From: Auanema rhodensis
Lineage: Eukaryota; Animalia; Nematoda
DNA: 64,000 bases
Direction: 5' to 3'
Assembly (NCBI GenBank): GCA_964057225.1
Contig: OZ059899.1
Coordinates: 15,128,001 to 15,192,000 of the forward strand
Shown: piece by piece, positions 15,061 to 28,646 of the stretch
Layout of the letters: each line of letters begins with the position of its first letter
Numbering within the stretch: position 1 is the stretch's first letter
Notes under the pieces: generated by a model
The model's input: the letters and a program-made list of their open reading frames with translations, nothing else
Database searches by the model: none
What the model was told of the DNA's origin: nothing
Translations under genes and position numbers: made by a program

Positions 15061-16230
15061 CTTCTCTCTATTTTTCTCTTTTTTTTTTGAGGAAAATTTT
15101 TGATTGCCAAACTAACATTGGTTGTATGTCCTTTTGGATCTAAATTAGCCAATTTCTCTTCGACATGCCCGTATAGATAGTAGACCATGAACACACACAT
15201 ATACATATACACATAAGATGATTTTTATTCGGATCCCTGTTCTTATTGTGTTTTGACATTGAAGCTTTAAGCTGCAAAAAAGAAATGACATTCACAAGCT
15301 TGTTCATCAGCTTTTTACTTTGTTTCCAGATGGAAGAAAGAAGTAGAGTAAAGGTATGTAGACTTCTGAAACCAAAAAAAAAACAAAAATTTGAGAGAAA
15401 AAATGAATATTACAGCTGAAATATGAAGTAAAACAACCACAAATACTATGATCAATTTACCATTCGTAATCGTTTTTGTTAATGTTTTTTGCTTTGAAAA
15501 AGAATTTTTTCCATTTACTTGCGTTGATCCTCTTCCATTTTCTGAAGTGGACGTTCGTTCTTCCACGATGTCAAAATGTACATAATTGAAAAGTTTCTTT
15601 GTCAAAGATTTCTCGTTGTGTATAGAGGCTGTCACCATTTTATTCTCTTTTCCTTTTGCTTTCTCCCTCTCTCTCTCTTTCTCTCCCTCTCACTCCCTCT
15701 CTCTCTATCTTAAACCTTTCTTCTCACCTTAAAAACTGTTATTTTAGCCTGAGGGAAATAACAGCTCTAAAACTATAATGTATCGTATTTTTTTTGCAAA
15801 TTTCGCACTTCATTTTCATTTGCTTCATCCAAATTCAATTGAAATGTAGAAATATCTTAACTAATACTATCTTTTTTTCTTTTCAATGAAGCACTTTCTC
15901 TTCTGCATTATCATCTTCATCTCCTTTTTTTTTCTTAATTTCAACTCCAACAACTACAGTTTTCGCTTTCTTTTCACAAGTTCATCTTGATATCTCACAA
16001 CAACTTAATCAGCTTTACAGCTTGATTCAACTCATAAATCCTTCATAACAAGCAAAAATTCCAAAAAAAAAAACTTGAAAATTGTTTTGTTGAGAGTATA
16101 ACATCTTGCGTTATTGATACAGCAGTGGTCGTCAGTTGTTTCTCCGAATATGGAATCATTGTCAGTTTTGGGTCGTCAGTGACCTATTCTATCCGAAAGC
16201 CTCATCCCTCTGTATTTCTTTATTTCTCTT

Positions 16231-16261
<31 letters not shown>

Positions 16262-17312
16262 TGTTCTCATTTGCTCACTTGGACTCTATATCTTTCTTTG
16301 ACTCGTCGAGGGCGTTGATTGCCAGGCTTCATCCGGCTTCTCATCGCCATCGTCTTACTCTCACACTGCCCCTCGGGAAGCTGTGGGGTTGTGAACCGAA
16401 GGAATAATATATACATATATCTATATATATAAAGAGAGACAAATAGAGAGAAATAGATAGAGAGAGAGAGAGATGTAAGAAGAAATATGCAGAGATACAG
16501 ATAGTGTAGTTGAAGGAGCAAGATTTTGCTATTCCGATGTCCACAATATCATCAACAAACTATTTATAATCCAAATGATGACGCAATTTCGGCCTCGTAT
16601 TGTATTGGCAAGAAAAGAATTTTTCCTCTTTTTTTTTGGTCTTGAAAAGATACCATGTATTCATGTGATGACAAGAATTTACAGCTTGTATTTCTCCAGA
16701 AGCCTAAGTGTACTCGACAATGCTCATCTCGCAAACACAATTAGCTAGTTGAAGCTCGAGGTTGTAGTTTTTTGCCGACAAAAAGCTTCATGGAACTCAT
16801 CTGAACTCAAGGTCTTTCTCCCCTTTTCTCTGTTCTACTGCCCCTCTTTCTCTCTCTTTCACTCTCTCTATGTTCAGAATATTCTAACCTCTTGTTGAGA
16901 ATTAGTAAAACAACTAATGTCATCAAAGAAAAGAATTTTTTTTCATTCAATTGATTTAAAATACCAAACTCTCACATACTTTTATTCTTTTCAAAGTTTT
17001 TTGCGATAATTACCGTCTTCACTCTCATCTCTCCCTCTCTCTCTCTCTCTCTATTTTTCTCTGTACATCTTAATGATTTTATTTTTAGTAACTTTGAACA
17101 TAACAAACAAAGTACTTTTCTGATAATTTCCTTTATCACAATTATTATAAAAATAGATTTTACTTCAAATTTATTTCAATTTATATAACTAACTATATAT
17201 AAATATATATATAGTTAGCACTGAATTTCATATATAATTTATAAAAAAATTTATAAACAAATTGAGTTTTCTTGACAACTGAACCACCACATAGAGAGGG
17301 ACAGACACATAA

Positions 17313-17358
<46 letters not shown>

Positions 17359-18773
17359 GGAGGGGAGCCATATATAGTCGTCAAAACTGAAATTTCTGGT
17401 CAATAAATGGTCATATTAATGATGAAAAGCATACACCACCATGACCACCACTACCAGCTCTACTTACTACCAACACCAACAATCTACTCCCCCTCTTTTC
17501 CCTTCGGCTTCTCCTTTCCTTTCCTCTATCCTATCCTCTGTCACACCCGACCACCCTACTAGCTAGCTAACACAGCTCTACCAGCAGTAGCAGTTAGCAG
17601 TAGTACACATACACATAGCCTTCTGGATTCTGGAGAGGACATATTCGATTTGCCATATGATATATGAAACCAACACTTATCCCTTACCTAACGATGACGA
17701 TGAAAAGCATGAGATTTCGATGGTTTTCTTGGTGCCACATATACTTCTGAAAGCTAAAATAACCTCAAATTTGGTCCAATTTAGTCTTTGTTTCTCATTT
17801 TATTTACTAAATATGTAAGAGATTACTAAAGATTTGAATGCTTTATTTAGTTTCTCCCTCCTCTCCCCCTCTCTCTCTCTCAATTTGCTCTCTTAGCTTA
17901 CTCACTGTCTCACGACTCAAACTGCCATCAGTTTTCGTGGAGCCAAATAGCGGAATGGCCCTAAGGGTGTGAAACATAACTACAGCCTAATCTATTGAGC
18001 CAGTATAAAAATTGAAGAATGATGTTTGATTGCATAACCTCAAGACAAACTTTCAAATCTGAGAATCTGAAATTGGACTATGTTTGGTCAAACGACGACA
18101 TCGTATACTACTTGATGGGGAGGAGAAGAGCCATCATCCTTTCCTCCTTCGCTCCGTCCAGTCATCTTCTTCTTTCAAGCTCAGCTGTCCTGCTTTCCTT
18201 TATGGTTCTTCGTTCTGCTTATAGTTAAAAGCCTGTCGTTCCTCTATAAGGGGGTCTGCCGTGCTCACGGACTTCCGTTTCCGAACGTCTTCCGTTCATA
18301 CACATAGATTTCTAGTGTCCGTCTGATTCCCCCCATCATATGCTAGCGTAAATTGCCGGAGGCTAAATGGCAGAGAGAAAAAAAGGAAAGAAAAATCTTA
18401 AAAAGGAAAGAAAAAACGACGAAAAATATAGCCGGTCTGAACACCGTTCATATACTATAATTTTAGTTTCAGGGAGTAAGAATAAGACAAAATGTGAAAA
18501 AATAATAAAAATTTCGAAATCTTTTTTTTTCAAACTTTATCTCTTTCTCTCTCTCTCTTTCTCTCTCTCTCTTTCTCTCTCTTTCTCTCAATCTCTCTCT
18601 CTCTCGCGCTATTTTTTTGAAGGAATTGAATGTTGTATATTGGATAAAATGGTAAATTTGAAGTTCAAACGACCTAGTTCATAATATGAGTTCGAGACAA
18701 TATTATGAGTTGATGAAGAAAAAAGTTAGCGAAATTGAAAAATCGAGAAAGAGAGAATGAGAGAAAGAGACAG

Positions 18774-18837
<64 letters not shown>

Positions 18838-19738
18838 GTGTGTGTGTGTTTGAGCGATATTGTGAGTAAGATTGAAAACGCATACATCACAGGCAGAGTT
18901 AAACTTACAAACCATTGAACACAGATGTGTGAATATGACTGAGTGAAAGAGAATCGTCTGTCAGAATTTTGCCCTCCGGGTATAAACGTGTATGTAAAAA
19001 AACAGTCATTCATTATAATTGTATACACATGAATGTATATGGATGTGCTGTTGAGACAATGTCGTTAAGCTTCGTTTTCGGAGATGGATGAAACACGAAA
19101 CATACATTGAAATCACTGCCGTCTCATTATTCATCATGATTGTGATGACGTCGCAGAGCTTGTCTACATACAAGCTTGCACAAGCCGTCAATTCTGCATT
19201 GCCATACCAAGTTCAGTCAATCATATTGCCCTTGTTGTGTGCTTGACAGCCGTTAGAAAGCTGAGACACACGTACGAATGCTCCAAAACTATGATCAGAT
19301 TTTGGTTTTTTGTCATTTTTTCTGGCGATGGAACAAAAAAAACTTCTTTTTTCTCATCGAAGAAAGCAATAAAAAGCTTCTAGCTTTTCGTGAGCTAATG
19401 AAAACACTGCGAGAGGAAAAAGAAAAAGTCCGGAAGATATAACTCTGATCTTCTCTTCTCAGTTATTCTCTTTCCTTCACACTTTTTATCTTCGTTTTGG
19501 GGGTCAAGTTGAGAAGCCAGTGGGCAGCTGCTGTTGCACTCAATTCATCATGGTTCTCACCAGCTTGCTGCTACATACATGCATCTCATCAGTCCATTTC
19601 ATCAGCAAAAAATTTGAAATAGTGACTGGTCATGATGCTATGGCTACTGCTACTGGTCATGATGAAGATGAAAAGCTATAGAAGCATACATGTTCATATT
19701 CAAATGGAAAATGATTGTTAATGGTTCTGGAGGGTACT

Positions 19739-19809
<71 letters not shown>

Positions 19810-22800
19810 AATTTTTTTGCTTCTTCTCTCCCCAAGAAGAAACAGAGCTGATGTTGACGAATTCAACAAAACAGAAGCAAAAATTGGATAATTACTCTAT
19901 CTCTTTTCACAAATCTCTCTCTTAAATATATACTATATCATATAAGTTTTTCTTTTGTTTTGAAATATTTCCATTTATCTTTTTCCTGATATTGATATTT
20001 CATCAAAATCTCTTTTCTTTCGCGCATTTTCATCAGTAATTTTTCTTTTTTTCACTTTAGTTTTCATCAACAAATAATTTGAAAAAGAAAAAAACAGAAC
20101 AAAAAATAAAAAAACTAATTAGAAAACGTAAAACATGAGATTTTGAATCAATGGTATAGTTGGCTTGCGTGAACTTTCACGTGAATCAGACAGTTGACAC
20201 AGTTGGCTTACGTGAACTTTCACGTCAATCACTTTTATTTTGCTTTCCTATATAGACTAAATCTAACATTCAGCTTGTTTGTTGTTTACAAACATTTTTT
20301 TGTTGATTTTTCTTTCCCTAACTTTATTCTTGTTTGGAAAATTTGAATGAAAAAAAAAGAAAAATTGCAAGTTGATTGCATCATTGAGAACATTTTTCTT
20401 GAAGTTTTTTGCATTGAAAAGCTTTGATTATAGTTGTAACTTATTCGTTTCTTGGTCTTTTCATTCTTTTGCTCTTTTTCTCTTCGAATTTTTCAAAGTT
20501 TAGTCAAATCCTAATTGACTTGAATCTATCCAATATCTAGCTACAAATGGCTTTGTGATGTGATAGATAATCGTCTTTGCAATGCCCTCTGACTGCATTG
20601 TTCCTTCAAATCTCTCAATTATCTCTTTCTCTGTCTCTCTTTCTTTTTCTCTCTCTTTCTCTAGCTCTTATAGCGATGCATTTGATCATTTTTTGCAAAA
20701 AAAAATCCAAATTTTCTCAAATTGAATAAGCAAATTAAGAATAAAAAACTTCCTCTACTTCCGACCCTTCAATTTATAAAAAATAAGGGAAAATCTTCTA
20801 TTTTTGCTTCTAAATAAATTTTTATTCATTTTTCTAAATATAAAATGTGTATCCAATTATACAAGAAGCAATTTTAAATTTAATTATTATTTTAAAATCT
20901 TCTTTAACTCACTGTTAATGAGCAAACTTTGAACCAGATGTTTGAATGAATATACTATATAGTTAGTGAATATATAGAATTTGAAGGGATATAAAGAGAG
21001 AATCTTAAAAGATTTTTATGAGAAAAGTATGGAAAATCTCAAGTACAATGAGCTTTATCTTTCATCTTCTTCTGGAAAACTTATAGTTCAGTTTTGTTCA
21101 ATCTATTACTTTTCATTTTGTAATATGATTCGTGTTCCTTTTTCATTTTTTTTTTTTGGCAAAAAAAGGCTATGATATCTAATTACTTCACCTGTTACAT
21201 CTTCTATATAGACTAATAATTCTACTAAATATAGATCAAAAAATATTATATTATATGTATATAATATATAATTGAAATTGAAATTTGTTTGATGAATTTA
21301 GTCAGAAAATATGAAGATTTACTCTGAAAAGTTCATGGCAATACATGTATAGACAAGACATATATCATAAAGATTTCAAAAGAAAAACAGTTTAACCGAT
21401 TATTGAAATGACACTATCAATAAGATAAGATGTATAGTATTATGTATATACAATACTCCCTTAGGGCATATTTCTATTTCTTTTATACATTTGTCCTCTG
21501 AATCTATATTCAAAAATAAAGTTCAACAGATGAACTTTCTTTCCTTCTTTTAGTTTCAAAGAAACTATTTCAAAAAATGCTTATTTTATGAATAATGGGT
21601 AATATATATTATAATAAAATTGGTTAAAATCAGTTAAAATCAGTTGAAGTCAGTTGAAGTCAGTTGAAGTCAGTTGAAGTCAGTTGAAATCAGTTGAAGT
21701 CAGTTGAATTCAGTTGAAATCCATGATATCATCATCATCTTCTTCTTCTTCTTCTTCTTCAAATATTTTCATTTTTCTTTCTACCAACGGGTATCTATAG
21801 TGGTTGACTGAACCAATATTTCAGTCTTGTATTCAAAGTAACGCAGGCTTCACTAATACGATTTCATCCGATTTTGGAATTTTTGAATATAAAAAACGGA
21901 TTTGTCATCTTTATTTTCATATTTTTCATTGAATTTCAATCGATATTCATAGATTTTTGTTGTTTTTTTTATAAAAATTACTTGAAATTCACCGAATATC
22001 TTTCGTTTCTTTCTTCTTTTTTGGAAATTTTTGTTGAAAAGATGACCAACATGATCAACAAAATTCTAAAAATTCTTTCTAACCTTTCTACTTTGTGAAA
22101 TTCTCTGTTCAGAAAAGGCATGATCAGTTTGTACGAATAGAGAGAGAGAGAGAATGGGTGAGAGAGAGCTTTAGGTGTACGTCAGAGAAAGATGATGGAA
22201 GTGTTAGAAGCGGAAGCATGGCTGGATTGCTTTGCTTTCGTTGAGCACGCTGATTCAGAACAAACGGTTAGAAAACTGGAGAGAAAACGAAATTGAAACT
22301 GAAACGAAGTACAAGGGGATTCAGTTGAGAGGATGGAAAAGATTCAAAGGAAATGAATTGATATCACGTAACTCCGAGGATAATTATCTTCTACAAATTG
22401 CTGTTTCTTTCATGAAATTTCATCAGAATTTGGCAAAAAAACGGATGAAAACAAGGAAACTTTGATGACTTGATGGATTCATCTCTCTCTCTTTCTTCAT
22501 CTCTTTCTGTCTCTCTTTCTCTCTCAATCTCTCTCTCTCTCATTCTCTCTTTATCTCTAAGAAAGAACTACATGTATGTCTGGCCAACTCATATGCAGCC
22601 TTTCTCCACCCTTTCATCTAACATGTTGCAGTATGTTGGTTCAATCGTTTCTTAACTTCTTGACAGTAGAAAAGACAAGAAAAAGACGATAAAGAGTACA
22701 TACAACAATGGAGGGACAAAACGATGCTTGGTAGTTACAAGTAATGTCGAAATCCCTTGAGACTGTTTCGGAATCATAGAAAGAAGCAGCATATAACGAA

Positions 22801-23818
22801 AGAATAGCTAAAGAATATGCAATCTGTAGAGACCGCAAGAGAGATTCAGAGGATGAAGGAAGCAGAAGATTGAGAACGAGGGTGAGCCAGTAAATTTCTT
22901 TGTATTTCCATCACTTCTCAATGTCTTTTGTCTTCTGACTTTCCACGGCCATCCTCATCTTCGCTCCTCGTCCTCGTCATCGTCTCTATTGCCTGAAAGA
23001 CAGCACCTTCTACGTCTGGTTCGCTTCGACTTACCGTTCCATCTGAATTCTATTAACTATATATTTATGCTAATATTTTACACTTGTAAGCAAACTAACT
23101 AACATCAAAATTGGTGATCAAAAGCAGATTCGACTGTTTTCACGGCTTATGAAGCCATTCATAAAGTTTTTTCCAGGACTACTGTGAGTGACATTAACTC
23201 CAAAACTTGAATAAAAGTAAAAAACTTGAAAACTTGGATATGTTTGTGTTTTGTTTTGCACTTATCTTCTAATTCTTTTCCATTTTTCTTTTAAAAAGTA
23301 AAAGTTGACCGAATCATGTCAATGGTTTGAGAAGCTTTGCGGAATTGTGTCATCTGTACGAGCGCTTATGTCATTCATGATATTCAGATGAGAAAAGAAT
23401 GTAAATTCACGTCGACATCGTTGTCGCCGTTGTATGTAACTACATGACGCTCGTGCAGGCAGTCTTGTTCTTTCTTCCAGCTCATAGCTAAAGTATTCCC
23501 TGGTGATCTTTCTCCATGTTGAAACTGAGCTTTTCCTTGCTTTTCTCAGCCTCTTTCTCTTCCTTCTTCTCTCATTCTAACCCTCTATCTCATAGATATT
23601 ATATGTTATAGTTAGATGTAAAAGCTGAAAAAGCTACAAAGCAATACAGAGATGAGACTGAAACAACTCAAATACTTTAAAAGTCGGGTATTTGTCTTTT
23701 GTCGATACATTCTATGAATAAGAGTAGCTTCTCCAGTACTGCCTTAACCATTCGGGTGGCACATATCATAGCTGGACTAAGCGGAATGATAGAAGAGAAG
23801 GAAGAAACAGCAACATGC

Positions 23819-23867
<49 letters not shown>

Positions 23868-26446
23868 ATTCCCTCCCTCTCTTATTCCTTTTCCTTTTCT
23901 AAGATTTTCACTATAAAAAGCCCTCTGGACAGCCCATATCAAGTGACATCTTCTAGGCTTGTAGGCTCTTTCATCTGTGGCCTCATAAGCAATCCGATGC
24001 CTGTCTTTCCCTCAAGGCTTTACTCAATGACTTTCATTGTATTTGATTCATTATTTTTGTAATTTTTTGTTTTTTTTTCCTACATAATCAATAAAAAACA
24101 AAAGAATTGACAAGCTGACCAGAAGCTCAAGCTGTTCATAATCAGCTTATCCACCACTCAACTCACATGTCAAGCTGTTGATGGAAAATCAACCTTCAAC
24201 TCAAAAACATTTATAAAAACTTCTTTAAAATTTTCCTCAAAAGAAAATTCAGAATTTACCTGATTTTATTTCAGAAAAGTGTGTGTACACTGCAAATGTG
24301 ACAAAGCCGAACACGAGTTACCACCGAATCAAGTTGTCAACGTATACGAGAGGCTTGGAATCAAACCACCACGTATGTATTTCTTTATAATTTATAAATT
24401 ATAAAATAATCAATAAATATACATATATGTAATCAATATGTTATAGCAAATATGCCCGTGAGTTCTGGACCAAGAGATGACTCACCTGGATCAGTAAGCC
24501 ATGGATATGCCTGGGTACCTCCTGGCTTAAATCGCAAGAAGGTTCGTTTCCAGTGTCATATTTCAATTTTTCAAACTTTTCTGTCTTTCAATTTTCAAAA
24601 ATAAAAGAGAAAAAAGGGAAAAAAAAGAATTTGAAGAAGAAAACAAAAAAAAAGAAACATAATCAGCTGTTTGTTTCTACAAGTATTCAGCACCTTAAAA
24701 TCCCCTGAGGCATCTATATGATATGTCAAGTTGAAAGTGAAAAAGTCTTGTCTGAATTCATTTTAGAATTCAGCTGCACTCAAAATATTTTTATTTTTCT
24801 AAAAAAAAATTATTTTTCAAATCATATCAAGATTTGGTGGGAATTTTGAGCTTAACGAACATTTATATATAAACTTGACACGTGAAACTTTACGTCAAAT
24901 TACTTACCGGACTTGTTGCAATGCGAGATCAATTTGTTTAATTTATCTTAAATTTTCCTTAAACTTGTTCCGTATATCATTTAGTTTCACTTTCGTTTTT
25001 TTAACATTTTTTAAATTTCTATTTACTTATCAACGACACGACAAGATTGTTACCGTTAAATTGGTTGTTAACATGAGGAAGAAGGAGGAGCTTCAAGAAG
25101 TACAGTCAGCCTTGTAGTTGTATCATCTAGAGATTCTTTTCATCTGTGGCGTACATCAGTTGCTGTTGTCTTCACGTAACGTACAACGTGCGTAAACTCC
25201 ATAACTGCTCCCAGATTCGTTAATTCGTATTCGGAAGATTCTGAAGCTTTAAAGATCAGATACAGTTATTATACTTCATCTTAAAAATTCTATTCACTGC
25301 TATTATTACGTAATTTACCTTAACTATGTGTTTTCTAACTGAAAATATGTGGTCGGATCCATTGATGATCAGTTTTATGAACCAAGCTGCACGATGGTTT
25401 GCTCCAACCTCATTATCAGCACGTCGATGGATCTATTACAATGAAAATTATAATAATTATAATAATTATACTAAATATAAAAAATATAAAGAAGTAATTT
25501 TAATTTTAAAAAATTAAAAATTAAAATATAAATTATTGATTTTTTTAAATTTCAGGTTGAAGACTATATGTCCCAACTACCTAACCATATGGTACCACGT
25601 TTGAATTCATCTGGAGAAAAGTATCGTGAAAAACAGTTGATAAACCAACTTCCACGTCATGATTTCTCAGTTGCATACTGTCGTCATCTAGGAACAACTC
25701 CCGAGAAGAAGGTACATCTTCAACTTTCTAAGTTTTAAGCTTTAATCTCATAATATTTTAGGTTTATGAAGAATTTATCAATGCTCGTAATGAAATAGCT
25801 CTTGATATTGGTTATGTATCAGCTAGTGTATCCAAAGCAATGGTTAGTTATTTCTTTTTTAATATTATCATTTTGCCAATTATATACAAATAGTTGAAGA
25901 AGCATTAGATTGTCATTTCATGAAGCTCAAATGCTCTTTCGTCATTTCAAATACATCTTCATTGATTCGATTTATTTAATTCTTCTTTCTCCCATTCAAA
26001 ATCATTTTTTCATCCGATTATCGTAATTAAAATCATCATGAAACTGCTACCGAAGACCATTCTCAACGTTTGTTTTTGAGATTAAAATCGGAATATTCAT
26101 TTTCATCTGTATCCTATGTGCTGTTCCTGTTCTTGTCTGTCTGTCTGTCGGTCTGTCTGTATGCTCCTCCTGCTCATCATCGTTGTCTTCGTGAGATTTT
26201 CCTGAAATGAACTTTTCAATAACAGAAAAGTCATCACCATCTCATGGTGAACTTCAATTTGCTTCCACGACAACGACAGATGAAGTAAAGACGCTGATCA
26301 TCTTTCCGATTCCGTGGAAATGAACGAACACCGACAGACTAGTTCAATGAATCAGAACAGCAAATTTCGTTGTTTTCGTTTGACTATCCTTTTCACTTGT
26401 TTGCCCTTTCAGGCTTACAACTCTGTTCCTATTTGGTATAGGCTTA

Positions 26447-26501
<55 letters not shown>

Positions 26502-27424
26502 TGATTGGGAAAAGATCAAAGTTGAAAGTTCTAATTGTATGAATATTCACTTCATATTTTCTATTTTTAGTAATCTCTTTTTCTAAAAAAATGTTGAAAT
26601 ATTCAGAAATAAAATTTATTTTCCTATTTTCTACTACTATTTCAATATTTTTTTGCATTTTCTAACATTAGAATGGTCATTTCATTCAATGACACTATGA
26701 AATGTAAATTCTCATATTTCATCTAAGAAAATTCATCTCATTTCTTATTATTTAGTATATATAACTAACTATATAACTATATAATATATTTAAAATTATT
26801 TCAGGAATGTCATAAATGCCGAGGAGTTTTACCTAAAAATGAAATGGCTGTAGTTGCTCCAAAGTTTGGTGATTCTACCGGATGGCATCCAGCTTGTTTC
26901 ACTTGTGCTACCTGTGAACAGGTTTGATATTTCAATTTCTTTTTTTAAATTTTAAATTTAAATTGTAAATTTTTCATAAAAAAAAGTAAAAAGATGTATT
27001 TAGAAAGAGATAAAGAAAGACAAAAAACTATTTACAAATGATTTTGTATTTGTTTAACACATTTTCAAAGAAAATTTTCATTTTTGCAACAATCACCCTT
27101 TCTATTTAATTTTAAAATTTAAAGAAAAAACATTTTATCATTCTATTATGAAATACAAAAATAATATGGAAAAGTAGTCTGATTCTTTAAAAATCAAAAA
27201 ATTTGGGAACAAACAGCCTCTAGTATTACGTCATTTCAGCTACTTGTGGATTTAACTTATTGTATCAAAGATAATGAAATTTACTGTGAAAGACACTATG
27301 CTGAATTACATAAACCTCGTTGTGCTGCATGTGATGAGGTCAGTTACATTCATATAATTCAAATACTTTGAATATAATCACGTTCTAAAGGAGAAAAATT
27401 ATCTTTTTTTTACAAATTAAGATG

Positions 27425-27461
<37 letters not shown>

Positions 27462-27600
27462 CATCCTCGTATTTCATATTACTACTACTTATACATAACT
27501 AACATTCTTCTTTTTTGTTTTGTTTCGAAGGTTTAAAGAAGAAAAAAATAATTTTTAATTTACACAAACGTATCACTTACACACATTCATACATACTCAC

Positions 27601-27633
<33 letters not shown>

Positions 27634-28604
27634 AAGAGAGATACATAGTTTAAGTTCTTTTCTAAAATTAAATTCAATTCAAAAATTTTATCTTAAATAA
27701 TATATTTCTTTATTTAATTTTAATTAAATACATATGATATTATTAGACATTGTTAATATTATAAACTAAAATCCATATATACTATATATATATATAGTTA
27801 TTTACTTAATTATAATATATAATATATAATAGTTTACATAAACTATATTAATTATATAACCTTTTTTATTATATTAAATATCTAAAATACATACATATTC
27901 AATCATCTACTTACCTTTAAACCTTTAGCTTATAACACCTCTACCCCCCCCCCTTCACAATCCTCTATCATTCTTTTCATAGTTTTTTCTATTTTAAACT
28001 TTTAGTTTCTGATAATAATTTGTTTGTTCTTCAAGTTTTTTTTGGAAATTTCACGTCAGTTTTCACGTTGTTATTGATTTTAAGCTAATAATTTTTTTTT
28101 AGTTTATATAAGCATATACAATGTTTTAGCCTTTTTTCCTGTTTCTTCACCCTCTTTCAGCCCGTTTACCTCTCTCTTGCCATTTGATTCATGTCGTTTT
28201 CGAAGCACATGCATCTCTGAATCAGGCATATACATATATATGATGAGCAATTTCACGAAAACTTGAAAATCAAAGTTTATTGTCGCCTTGTGATGTAACC
28301 ATCATTGCTTTTTCAACTTCTTTTCATTCTATTCAAACTTAAAATGATGAAGCTTCAACTTAACTGAAGACACTTTTTTTTCTTCGCCTTTCACTTATCC
28401 ATTAACCAATTTTATCATCAAAAACATCAACCTTTTTCATTCATTTTCATCTTTTTATTTGTGTTTATATAACATAAGATACATGATGGCATTTATGTCC
28501 TATCATCATTACATCACATGGCATCTTAGATAGTTCAAAAGGTGAACGGCAAACAACTTCTCTCACCTTTTCTCCTAGTCTTCTACTCCACTCCTTTTAC
28601 CCTT

Positions 28605-28646
<42 letters not shown>

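Noticed and set aside
18367-18434. Lys-rich ORF start ending in a phase-2 CG|gtctga
   Set aside because: The A-rich low-complexity sequence and poor donor make chance more likely.
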